Origin: Rotaria sordida
Taxonomy: Eukaryota
Reading direction: 5' to 3'
NCBI GenBank assembly: GCA_905250005.1
Contig: CAJNOH010000403.1
Coordinates: 34,708-98,707, forward strand
Length of the DNA: 64,000 bases
In this document: piece by piece, positions 13,074 through 25,014 of the stretch
How the letters are laid out: every line of letters begins with the position of its first letter
Position numbering within the stretch: the first letter of the stretch is position 1
Made by a program: the position numbers and the translations under genes
Notes under the pieces: generated by a model
Seen by the model: only the letters and a program-made list of their open reading frames with translations
What the model was told of the DNA's origin: nothing
The model's database searches: none

Positions 13074-14310
13074 TTATGCAAATGATCTAAGCGTAATTCT
13101 ATCTATACATACATCAGTATACCGCATGCATGACACAGCAGATTTATGAACAACAGGTTTAGCTTCTGAAGCTGACTTGAATTGGTTTACAAATTCGGAA
13201 AATTTATCCAATTCTACTTTTCGACGCATTTGAGGAGCGCAGATACGACTAGTAGTGTGTAGTTTACTTGATTGTTCAACAGCTCTGTCACGATAAATAG
13301 ATTCCTTTTGCTGAACTGTTGAATTTGGTTTATCTGATTCTGTTTGGATTTTGTCAACATCTGATAACATTGCCGTTAAATGTAGTAAGATAGAACGAGA
13401 TGAAGATGCAGCAGTTGATTCGATGCTAGATGGTTTAGGTGTTTCACTAACATAACCGAATGATAACGGTGCTGATAGAACAGATGAAGTCGAAGGAATG
13501 TTAAATATCGATTGATTGCTAATCATTGAAGGTGCAGCATTACAAACAGTATTTTCGCCAGATCCACCGAATGAAAACAATGATCGTGACTCCGAGGATG
13601 TGGTGCTCAACGGTAATGCTTCTGTTGTTGGATGAGGAGGTGGCGACCAAGGACACATTGCCGATTGTTGTACGATAAAGTTTGGAGTCATAAAAGAAGT
13701 ATTGGTATTATAGTTACTACTACTGCTTCCAAACAATGCTGAACTAGGTGGAGGAACGGGAGGAGGCAGTGGTGGTGGTAGTCGTGAAGGTGCACCAGAA
13801 AACATTGCTGAACCGCCATATCCTCCGAGCATGGAAGGAGCATTGATGTTGTTATTGGTGTTGTAGCTAACGTTACTTCCAAATGTAAATCCATATGATG
13901 CAGGAGAAAAAACTGATGGTTGAAACCCAAAAGGAGAAGATATTGTTGAAGCCCCAAATCCTGTGGAGCCGAAAGAAGCGTTGTTGCTGACGTTGCCGCT
14001 AACGGTAGTAGTTCCGAATGGATTGGAAGCAAATGGTACACCAAAAGAAGGAAGTGGTAATGTTGCAGGTGTGGTAATGGTAGCATCATTAGAAGCTTGA
14101 TACCCTACTGGTGCATTAAATTCTGAGAACACAGGATAGGTGTTACTAGTGTTGATGGTACTGCCTGGGAACGAAAACAGTGATGTTGTACTAAAAGTCG
14201 TACTTGAGTCACTTATTTGAGCCATTTGTGGTGCGACCATTTTCTCATTTGATAAGCAACTCGTATGTGTGAAAACAGATGAATCTAATGATGTCATTTG
14301 TTGTTGTTGT

Positions 14311-14368
<58 letters not shown>

Positions 14369-14441
14369 CTTGTAGTCCATGATCAGAAGAAGTGTATTGT
14401 TGTATTGAACTTTTCTCCCGTGACTTGCTAGACATTTCTGA
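13074..14441 (-). CDS. Putative terminal exon of the PARP4-like gene: polyQ of about 24 residues plus an S/T/N/G-rich FG/GF-repeat region and a proline-rich stretch
   Basis: 465-aa ORF 13074..14471. The in-frame acceptor ttttcag sits at about 14441. Sequence includes QQQQQ(x24), SFGVPFASNPFGTT..FGSTGFGAS..PFGFQPSVFSPASYGFTFGSN and PPPLPPPVPPP. Joining it to the upstream exons is inferred from donor/acceptor pairs at 14738/14441 and 15243/15180. It could instead be a separate gene. Confidence 0.5.
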
Positions 14442-17400
14442 AAAGAAAAGATTGATCATAATTCCTAACAAATCGTTGACATTTTAAGGATGTTCTCAAA
14501 GCATCTTCAGAAGATGATCAATATCGAAAGTTATCGATAAATATTTTATCTGAACATAGGTCTCGATGTAGAAGGAGCTAGAATTGGGTAATTTCATTCT
14601 TCTACTATCTTCATGTTTACGAAAATGTTGAACTGTAGTCAGAAAGTTGTCCGCCAAATTCTCAATTCCTTCCATATGTAAGAACTATTGAGACTCTATT
14701 TGGATACAAAAAAAACTTTATTGAAAATTTTTACCTGCTCTAGGTGAAATTTCACCACCAAGAACATTCGCATGAATAGCACTCGACTTTTCGTGAATTT
14801 GTGCCTTTTTCAGAGCGAATTTTGATAAAACTGGAGATGCTATCTGCTTTTTTGAATATTCCTTCACTTCTTGAATTGATTTTTTTGCTTTTAGAGTTTC
14901 CACTTTGTCATATGCTATGGGTTCCATCTGTTGGAAAAGAGAAGGATCAGCATCAATTTCATAAGAGTTCGCTTCTTCTTCTAGTGCTTCATCAAATGAG
15001 CATATATGACCTTCTGTTTTTTCAGAAGTAACATTCATTATTAGGTTCTCGAATTTTGTGTGCACCTCCATTGGAACTTCATAATCATCAAATAAACCAA
15101 AACTCATGCCTGCCTGACTTTCTTCACATTCTTCGTTTTGCACTGATTTAATTTCACTACATTCTAGTAGATCGTAATTCACTTAGAAAACATAGAGAAC
15201 ATGAAAATGATTAAAATAATGTTTTGAACAAAGTAAATTTACCTGCCTGGGACGACATCAAACGTAAGGAATCATCTTTTACTTCATCTAAACCGAAGTC
15301 AAATGAAAGCTTATTGTTACCCTTCATCTAGAATTAATCCAAACAATGTTTCATTTATGCTATAGAATTCACTTACAAATAGATCACCACCATCTTCGTC
15401 ACTGTAATATATTCCATCATCATCCTCAACGAGTGAATAGTTTTCCTCTTCTTCTTCTTCTTCTTCTTCTTCTTCTTCTTCCCTTTCTTCAACAGTTGCA
15501 TTTCGATGTTCTAAATCTTTTCTAATAAAAATATAATCGTACAAAACATAAATATCTCTCCATTTTCAACTTACAACATTTCAGTTCCAAGACGTATATC
15601 AATTTCATCTAGTCGTTTTTCTAATATTTTTATTTCATCAGTTGTCGCATTTTTGATTTCATTCATTAAATCTATTAATATACATTCAATATTAACTAAG
15701 AATTTTAAGAAAAATTTCATATTTACCTTTCTGCATATTTTCTTCTAATTCTCGAGCTTTTTCTTTTTGTTTAAATGTTGTTCGATATGTATTAATAATT
15801 GTTAACATTAAATCATATTTTGCATCACCACCAAAACGATATGATATATTCTGACAAAGATTTTCATATTCATTTAATAAATCAATTTTATTTGCTATTG
15901 AAGCACTATCAAATAAACGTTTTCCATTAATTAATTTATCTTTAATTATATCAATTTGTGATCGATCACCATCCCAACCAATATATGGAAGTAAATCAAT
16001 ATTATTTTCAAGCATAACATCAAGTAATCGAACACCTGTTTCAAGTGCTTGTCCATCACGTTCTTCAATAGCTACAAAACTTGTAAATGAACTCACAACA
16101 GAATATTTCATACTAAGTTCAATTAAATTTTGTTTATATTGTTTTTTAATAAGTTCATTTTCACATTCATCATTATGTAATAAACCGTTTTCATAATCTT
16201 GAATAATAGCACGAGCTGTTAAACAATGTAATATATACGTCCTCTTGTTTCAGTTATTTTATTACTAAATACAGTTGTTATATATTCTTGATTATTTATT
16301 GTTGCTGTTAATGTTGCTTTATGACAATTTTGTATAAAACGATATACAGTTAAACGCATACCGTTAAACAATGAACGAATTATTTTTGGTGCTTGACTAG
16401 TAAATTTTTCTTGTTGATCATCAATTGTTCCATGCCAATCAATGGATATATTTGTTACACATGGTTGATGAATATGTTCAAGTATTTGAAGTACTTTTGT
16501 TTTCCATCTTGAACGATAATTTGAATCAAATACAGTTATTAAACCACCACCATTTATTCCATTAGATAATTGTCTTAAATTATGTTTATTAGATATTTCA
16601 CCAATTGAACATGTAAATAAACGATCATAACGCATTGATGATCGACTTTCTAATAATATTAAAATAGATTGAAGATCATTGATATGTCCATCAGAGAGAA
16701 GAATAAATTGTCGACCGAGTTTAGATGAAGATGGTAAAAGAGAATATTGACGAAGTACAGAAAATAGATCAGTATTACCACGATGATCAAGTGAATGCTA
16801 TAATAGATATAGATTTAAATATATAAAAAAAACAAAAACCAATGGACATGATTAAAATAAAACGATACCAACCAAAATAAAATGCTTAGCTTTATCAATA
16901 TTTTCTTTTGTATTTTGTGATGAAATAGGAAAACATTCATCATTATCTAAAATAAATAAATTAATGAGAAAAAAATTAATAAAAATAAAAATATTGTTCT
17001 TGATTTACCTGATCCAAATGTAACAATATTAAAAAATATATTTTTATCATCAGTTTTCATATTTGTCAAAAATAAATGTGCTAATTGTTTTGCTTGTTGT
17101 ACATGTTTTCCATCCATAGAATTTGATACATCAATAATAAAAATAATTTCTACGTATTCATTTGAATTATTGATCATTTCAAATTTTGGATAAAATGTTA
17201 ACATACATGCTTGAGAATTTTCATCAATCAATTGATTATTAGTATTTGTATCGGATAAAACAAATGTTTCATTTAACATGCGTGGTAAATTAACACTTTT
17301 TAATGTTATGGAAAGAATAAAATCTTTTTCAAGTAAAATATTATCAACAAGTTCAATCATAGCAAGACAATCAGTTATTTTTCGACGAAGTCGATGTGTT

Positions 17401-20400
17401 GGTGAAAATAATTTTGTTATTTCATATGGCATACGTATTGATGCTTTAAGACTAAATTCAATTGATTTCATTGAAGAATTATCTTGTTCAAGATTAATTG
17501 ATGGAAGTATTGTTTGATCTTTGATTTCTAAAGCTTGTTTTGATTGCCATGAAGCTACTTTAGCTGGTAAACGAAATATAATATCATTATTTTCAATAGA
17601 TAATTCAACAACATATGTAATTTTTATAATCACTTCACAATTAGCTGGTAAATTACCAACAGATACACTAAATACTTCAGGTTGTTCTTGATGCATTAAA
17701 TATGCACCATGACCTTTTTCAATAGCTTCACGATATTCACGTTTAGCTTGTTCTTTTTCTTTAACAACACCTTTAATTATTTTATTATTAATATGAGCTT
17801 CAAAACCACAAACAGAAGAATTTTCATCAAGAGGAAATATATATTTTGCTTCAATTGGTATTGAACTTGAATTATGATAAACTTGATAAAGAACAATCTA
17901 AAATAATTTATAAAAAATGCTTTTTTTTCTTCGGAAAAGAAAATTATTTAATTTACTTCAGCAGTAACATCAATAAGTTGAGCACGAATATGAAAAGCTT
18001 TAAGTGGAACAACTTCACCTGACGATGGACAAATTAAACCATAATCTTGTTCTGCTACTTGAATTACTTCATCTTCGATTGTTGAAGGAATATCCACTGA
18101 AACAAAATATATACATGTATAATTACTGCTTTATCAGCTGGAATACTAACGAAGAAACGTTTCTAAGTGTCAAATCGTTTATGAATCGAGGCTATGTACA
18201 TCACGTAGGTTCTAATGAGCTAAGAATACTCTGCAAACAGTTCGAGCTTATAGCTCATTACTGTCAAGATACTGTATTTTTCTAGCAGAAGGCCGTAGTC
18301 TTCATTAGGAATAGCAGAAAAACTAAGTTTGGAATTTCACCTTGAAACTTTACATAGAGACAGGCCTTAATGGAAATAGGTTATTGTAAAAGTTTCAGAT
18401 CTTTTGATTACTTCTATTCTAAGATACAACTATGATGAAAGCATGTTTTTCACGCCATTCATATACAATAACAAATTCCAATGTTCTTATTTCAAAATAG
18501 GCGTAATCGAAAAATCTGAAATTTTCACAATAAGTTATTCTCATTAAGATCTCTGTTTATGCAAAGTTTCAAGTTGAAATTCGGAATTCAGTTTTCCTAA
18601 TGTTTCTAAGGAATATCATGGCATTCTACTAAAAAATACGGTAAAAATATAGTATCTTGACAGTAATAACCTATTAGCTTGAACTCTTGTCATGGTAATC
18701 ATAGTTCATTAGAACCTACATGATGCACCTAGTCCCGACTCAAAAATAATATAACATTTAGAAATGTTATCTCATTAGTTTAAATCGTTTTTCTAATAAT
18801 GTCTTATTCTTTTAAAATTTTTGCAGTTTGATTCCTTATCAATATGTATTTGATTATTAAGTTCGTTCCTTAATGTACGGAAAATAAAACCTATGGAATA
18901 AATCTTGAACAGAAAATATCCAACAAGCAAATAATTATATGATTATCATTGAGCATATTTTTATTTTTCTTTCAGAGATTAGTGGAATTCTTTCCATGAT
19001 TCTGAAGTATAACAATATCTTCGTTTTTCTATATTGCTAGAGATTGATCAAACATAAATATACAAATGGTTAATGAATTACAGAGATATCGACTAGAAAT
19101 TGCTCTTGTAACATTGTACTTAACCATGACCCATCTATAAATTTCAGTGTATAGTTTTTAGGGGAGAATATGTGAGCGAATTCCATCCCACTGATCTAAA
19201 GAAAGGCTATTTACACGATGATATGCCCTGAGCCTACTCTATAGGTCTTTGAAATAGACTTTCTTCAGATCAGTATGTTGAAATTCTCTGAAACTTTTTT
19301 TCCCCAAGCACTATTCACTTAGATCTATCTGAAGACGTAAGCAAACGTTTGAGATCTTCAATTGAGCCGAATCATTCATGAATCTCGCCTCATTATTCAT
19401 TCCAACTGTTTAGAGAGGAATTGAATGATTACCGAGATTTATTTTCGTTGGACTTACTTAAACTATGGAATTTATCTGAACTTTTCCTATTGATAGTATA
19501 TAATACATTTTCACTGTATCAAAAGAAAGCCATAGTTCTGAAGAGTCAACGTTCCGTTCACCCTCAGCTGATCCCCAGCTTTATGTGCCATTCTCGTCCT
19601 CGCTATCGGCTAGGCATCTGCCTTCAATCTAGTTTATTTCGTTTGATGATAACATAAATAACGAAATTTATTAAAAAAAATCCCCAAAATTTCCTACAAA
19701 AATAAATCTCGAAAGCTGTTGCTACGAGGATGACAAACGTCCAACCAATGATCAATATATTACAATTAAAATCTATTGAAGAGAACTAATGCGAAATCAA
19801 GACGAAATCTGAATGCTGATGTGTATTATGAATTATCTATGATTTGTTTGGAAAAAAACTGATTACCTTCATCTGACAATAATTTTGACTGATTTGTTAA
19901 ATAATCACGAATAATAGGTAATAATTTTAGTGATTGATCCATATTATCATATGGTATCCATGAAAGTTCAACAAGATAGAGTAATCGTTGTTGATCAAGA
20001 TTATAAATAACATATTCATCATCCTAAATAAACATCATAATAAAAATCTGATTGAAAATAATTATTTATTTCTTACGCTAAACTTTGAATTATTTTCATC
20101 ATTTCTTTTTACTCCATGTGTACTATGAAAATGTTCAGGTGGTTGAATTAAATTTGGTGCATATGAATAGAATTTTGCCGAATCTCCTAATGCTACTTGA
20201 GATATACATAATAATCGTCGATCAGGACGTGTTATACTTGGTTTTGTATATTTTAATGATGTTGAAACTGAATCAGAAAAATAAAGTCCATATCCTAAAC
20301 ATCCAATATCAGTACGTGTAACTCCTAAATCATTAACAACCATTTTTGGCATAAGAAGACCGCTAAAAAGAAAACACAAAGAATTTGAATATAAAACTAA

Positions 20401-22203
20401 GAAAACAATGTTTTTTTCCGTTTTTTGTTTAATTTACCGTGATAAAATACCAAGAAAATTATTATATTTTGATCCATGAAAAAGTTGTTTTTGATTAAAA
20501 AATGTTGAACGAAAATTCAATGCATCTGTTTGTTTAGCTACACTATATATTTGATGAATAATTACTTGTTCATTTCTACAAAAAATATAAAAATTTTGAT
20601 AATTACAAACAAGACAAAAAAAAAAAAAAAATACGAACGAATTCGTTGATGAAGAAATCATTTTACTAATTGTAGCGTATTCATGTGTATCACTCTTTAC
20701 AGTTTCTATATGACATTTTAATGCCCGATATTTTGCTTCAATTGATGCTTTTATATTCCAATTTGTTAATTCATTTATAGTAACCATATCGCGTAGCATC
20801 TAAACTTTGAAAAACGAAAAAAACTAGAAAAAATTTAAAATAAAATTTCTACCTGACATAAATCTAATTTATCAATTAATGCACGACGATTATTAATAAG
20901 ATCGATAACAAATGATTGTTGATGAGGAATAAGCGAATAGAAACGAATTTCTGCTTCTAATGGCGATTTACTATCAGATTTGATTTCAAGTAAAGCAGCT
21001 TCTGCTTCAATAATCTAACAATAATAAGAAACAAATAATAAAATTTTTTTTTTAATGTTTTTCTCCTACTGTTTTAAGAGCAATTGTTTCTGGTTGTATA
21101 GAAAGTATTTTATTTAAATCACCAATTGATTCAATCCAAAGTGATTCAACTAATTGACAAACATTATCATCAAGCATTTGTGTATCAATTCGATGAAGAA
21201 ATAATGACTAAAAATTAATTGAATTTTTTTCAAGAGGGAAAAAAACAAGCATTTTTATATTTATCTTACACGTAATAATAATTTCGAACCTAATTTATCC
21301 GGTAATAAATCACGAATTCGTGTTATTCGTGGCATTGTTACAATACGATTATAATATAAAGCATATAATTGATGTAATTCATTAATATCATGACTAAATG
21401 CATATTGAATTAAAGATATTTTACCTTTTAAATTTGTTATTGTTTGTTTTTCATAACGAAATCTTAATCGATAATCATTATTTGTTTGATTATTATATTC
21501 TTCAGGAATAATTTGAACTTCAAGAACAAAATAAACATCAGAATTTTCATTTGTTTCCTATTTTACGAGAAAATAAATCAACAATAAATTTATTTTTCAA
21601 CAAATATTTACTTTAAAAATTGCCCATTTACTAATTTCAGCATGTGTTAATTCATCAAATCGTGGTAGTTTAACATCATCAGAATTCCAAATTTTAATTT
21701 TTGACAAATCTAATTTAACAGGTTTTATTATACTACCGGAAGGATTTCCTCCATCTATGAGAAAACAAAAGATAGAATAATTTTTTATATTTCAATGAAA
21801 TCAATTTATTAACCCGTAATAGATATAGTACCACTTTTTGAAAAATTTTCTTTATCTTCTGCTGACGTTACAATAAATCGTTTAATATCAATAGAATTAT
21901 TTTCATTGGGTAATTTACGATATTCATAAATATATTCAACATTTACTAATGGTATACCGAACTGTTTAGCTCGACGAGTTTTATATGTATCAATATCATT
22001 AGAAACCAAAACATAATCAGTCTAGAGAAAATTATATTTAATTATATTTAAATATGAAATTAATTAAAACATACACTGGCTGTTAAAATATATGAAATAT
22101 GAGCATTTTGTTTATGTAAATAATTAATAAGTTCTTGTTTAGTTTTGAAACGAATATCTCGACCAAGCTCAAGTACAAATGTCTTACCATTTAATGGTGA
22201 CAT
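13074..22203 (-). CDS. PARP4: PARP4 / vault poly(ADP-ribose) polymerase-like gene, about 20 exons: BRCT, PARP regulatory and catalytic, VIT, VWA, then a long low-complexity C-terminal region
   Basis: ATG at 22203 (MSPLNGKTFVLELGRDIRFKTKQELINYLHKQNAHISYILTAS, BRCT-like). The PARP catalytic signature spans exons 20437-20565 and 20087-20367 (...LFHGSKYNNFLGILSRG|LLMPKMVVNDLGVTRTDIGCLGYGLYFSDSVSTSLKYTKPS...) and exon 19868-20037 (DDEYVIYNLDQQRLLYLVEL). VIT runs from exon 17955-18107 into the large exon about 17000-17885 (...KEKEQAKREYREAIEKGHGAYLMHQEQPEVF...). VWA with MIDAS is IIFIIDVSNSMDG in the same exon. Further exons are at 16240-16800, 15692-16218, 15567-15668, 15317-15545, 15243-15316 and 14738-15180. 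The terminal exon is 13074-14441. Most GT/AG junctions check out. This BRCT-PARP-VIT-VWA order is specific to PARP4. Confidence 0.75.
14281..14352. repeat. (CAG/CTG)n trinucleotide repeat encoding polyQ
   Basis: ttgttgttgttgttgctgttgctgttgctg... seen on the plus strand; it codes for Q(24) on the minus strand. Confidence 0.9.
15436..15482. repeat. (GAA/TTC)n trinucleotide repeat encoding polyE
   Basis: cttcttcttcttcttcttcttcttctt gives EEEEEEEEEEEEEE in the minus-strand exon 15317-15545. Confidence 0.9.
18135..18775. repeat. Foldback F3: about 640 bp inverted repeat, centre about 18450, inside the PARP4 intron 18108-19867
   Basis: 18160-18290 cgtttctaagtgtcaaatcgtttatgaatcgaggctatgtacatcacgtaggttctaatgagctaagaatactctgcaaacagttcgagcttatagctcattactgtcaagatactgtattttt is the reverse complement of 18640-18760. 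The inner parts also pair (18330 ggaatttcaccttgaaactttacat with 18560 atgcaaagtttcaagttgaaattcgg). Confidence 0.85.
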
Positions 22204-22662
22204 AGATGATGATATTACTATCAAGTAAAGACTGAGAAAAAGTTATAGGGAATAAACGTGCCTTTTATATTTTATATTTTTTGTTAACGATTGAGAGAAA
22301 AGAATAGAAATCCAAGCATAACATTCAATGACTCACATGTTATATGACAATGATAGCCGAAAGAGAAAGGCGGCAAGCAAAGAGTATTGCCTTGTTTTTT
22401 ACTGTTCTTTCACCATATGTCAGGAATACTGTTCTTGCACAAGTCAATGAAATTTTTCGTTAATAATCTTCAGGTTTTTTTTTTTATTATATGATGAGAT
22501 ATATTATTTATAATAATAAACAAGAAGATAAATAAAATTAAAAAAAAAAAAAACAACAACAAAATGAAAAAATACATTCTTTTAATCAATATTATTCTCT
22601 CTCTTTATGTTAACTTGCATTTGTAGTAATTCAAGATGAACTTCTTTCTTGATAGATATTAT

Positions 22663-24393
22663 TTCGTCAAGTACTACTTAATACATAGATCGGATATCTT
22701 TCAGCATTATAAATACGACTTATTTGTAATAACATATTTCCAACTTCTGGATCATTTAAATAAGTTGTTATTGTACTTGGATTTTCATATAATTGAAGCA
22801 TAACTAAATGGAAAATTTTCAATTTCAATAATATTAATTATTAAAAATAAAAAAATCTACCTAAAAATATCTTTGGATTATTAATTGCTCGTTGAATAAC
22901 TGAATTTTCCATAATAGCTTGAAACATATTTGAATTTGGATCAAGACCTTGTTCATTAATAGCATCGAGTATATTTTGTTGTTCTTTATCAGTAATAAGA
23001 TATTCACACTAAAAGAAAAAACAAAAATTTACAGATAAATATTAATGAAAAAGAAATTCTTTTTTTTCATACAGCTAAATTTCCATTATTATAACATATT
23101 CGTAAAGCATGTATTATATCATCATGATTAAAACCCATATCTTCTAATGATTGAATGGCCTATTTAAAAATAAAAGAAAATTTTTTCAATTAATCATAAT
23201 TGTTTTTTTTTTACTAATGAATTTGGTTGAAAACATTTTTTTCGAAATTCTCGAAATGGTATAAATGGACCGTTACGTGAATAGAAAAATTTTGTTTTAT
23301 GCAAGTTTTTTCTTCCTTTTTCATTATCATCGGTATCTTTTTCGGTTAAAAGTAATTTCATAGCAGCATTTAAATCATATCTTAACAAAAAACAAAAATA
23401 TTAAAATTCTATAAAAATAATTTATTCTTGTAATTATTCTTCTAACTTTGTTCGTTCAAGAGCTTGTTGTGCTTGCTGTTCAGTAAATCCCATATTAACT
23501 AGTTTTTCTATCTGATTTTGATGTTTTTCTGTATGATTTGAATCTGTTCTCGGTGATTTTGAAAGAATTTCTACAAAATACAATAAATGAGAAAAAACAA
23601 ACAAATTTAAAATTAAGAAAACAATATACCTTCAGCTTCCTGAAAGATATTTTCAGCATCTGCACAATACCAAAGTAATTTGTGTGATGTTTCAATCAGT
23701 GTAAGTAATACACGACTAAGATCAGTACGAAACTAAATATTATGGAATTCATTTTTTTCTTTGAAAGTAGGAGAGAGACATAATTAAGAATTGAATATTA
23801 CTTCTGTTCTCCCTGCTAGATGTTGAGATCGAGAAAGTGAATATGTAGGTAGTGGAAGATCTTGTGTTCGAAATTCGATTAAATTTTGATTTATAGAAGA
23901 AGGTTCGAATGTCTATATAGTCAAATATATATATAGATTTTGAAGAATGGAGTTTTGTCGTTATACTTGTTCAGCTTTCGATGGTTGTTGAGATACTTTT
24001 GCTGCTAGAAGATACTCATCTAGAAAAAAAAACAAACATTCATGAAGAATAAATTAATATTTCTTGACGAATAATCCAACCTCCATCTTTAACATCTTCT
24101 TGACTTAAAGTTTTCTGTTCATCAATAATTTTTTTTGTTTCAATCGATATTAATTTATAATTATCCATTTCATTCAATTGTATGCTACGCATTGAACAAT
24201 CATATTTCGATAAATTACTATTATTATTTTTTAATAAAAATTGTATAGCTAAATATTTAACATATGCAAAAGTTGTATTCTCAGCTGGAAATGTATCTTG
24301 AAAAATTGCACCAGTTTTTGACCAAATTATGAGCATAATATTTTTTGATTGATCATCACGAACATCGAATATTGCACTTGTTGCTTCTGCCAT
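22663..24393 (-). CDS. NUB1-like protein with three UBA domains, multi-exon
   Basis: ATG at 24393 (MAEATSAIFDVRDDQSKNIMLIIWSKTGAIFQDTF...). Exons at 23830-24030 and 23580-23700. UBA1 is at 23495-23580 (IEKLVNMGFTEQQAQQALERTKLEE). UBA2 is at 23194-23388 (YDLNAAMKLLLTEKDTDDNEKG...). UBA3 is at about 23100-23160 (AIQSLEDMGFNHDDIIHALRICYNNGNLAV). Terminal exons about 22870-23020 and 22663-22800 (...QISRIYNAERYPIYVLSST, stop). The UBL-less N-terminus with a C-terminal UBA triplet resembles NUB1; I cannot exclude another UBA protein. Confidence 0.55.
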
Positions 24394-24760
24394 TTTAATT
24401 TATAAATAAAAAAAAAAACAAAAGAGAAAAATCTAGAAAAAAATGAACCAAAAAAAAATTTTTTGTTTTTGCTTTTTGTCTGTTGCATTCGAAAGAAATA
24501 CGAAAAGAAAACTTTGTTACAACAGAAACACACACAAAAAAAGAAAAGAAGAAGACATTTTCTCTCATTTCGGCCTTATACATATATCTGTTAGTTGAGA
24601 GAGAGAACAGGGGTAACAAGAGCACACAAATACACACACAAACAAATAAACGAAAACAAAAAAAAGAAGAAAAGAGAGACAAATATGAAATGATAATCTT
24701 CGAGTTTTTTTTTTTCTTGTCTTATTTTCGAAATACATATCAGTGTTGAAGTTTATAATA
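24394..24760. promoter_or_regulatory. Purine/AC-rich low-complexity tract just upstream of the NUB1-like ATG; probable 5' UTR or promoter region
   Basis: Runs of aaaagaaaa and acacacacaaa. The overlapping ORFs 24327..24533, 24395..24682 and 24483..24749 on both strands encode K/F/E-rich nonsense. Confidence 0.4.
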
Positions 24761-25014
24761 AGAATAAACTAGACAAAAGATAGAGTCAATGTATACAAGT
24801 TAAACAATATACTCACATAAACGTACAGAAAAAGAAAAACTTATTTACAGAGACAAACTACAGTGATCATCAATTACATGTGGAGAAGTATATGCGAACT
24901 ATGTAAAAAAAAAAAAAAAACAAAAAAAAAAAAAAAGAAAAGCAAAAGCATTATTTGGTTTGTCTCTCTTCTTTTTTTTTCTCTCTTTTCGTTGTATGTT
25001 TACGATAATGATTA

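Noticed and set aside
13688-14089. 133-aa ORF overlapping the PARP4 terminal exon in another frame
   Set aside because: An alternative-frame artefact of the repetitive S/T/G/F-rich coding sequence. The 465-aa frame is the one with splice continuity.
14801-20321. Plus-strand ORFs 14801..15031, 17278..17517, 18004..18285 and 20085..20321
   Set aside because: They are antisense to well-supported PARP4 exons or lie inside foldback F3. They show no domain signal.
24327-24749. Three overlapping ORFs on both strands (68, 95 and 88 aa)
   Set aside because: They lie in a purine/AC low-complexity tract directly upstream of the NUB1-like ATG. The K/F/E-rich translations have no coding signature.
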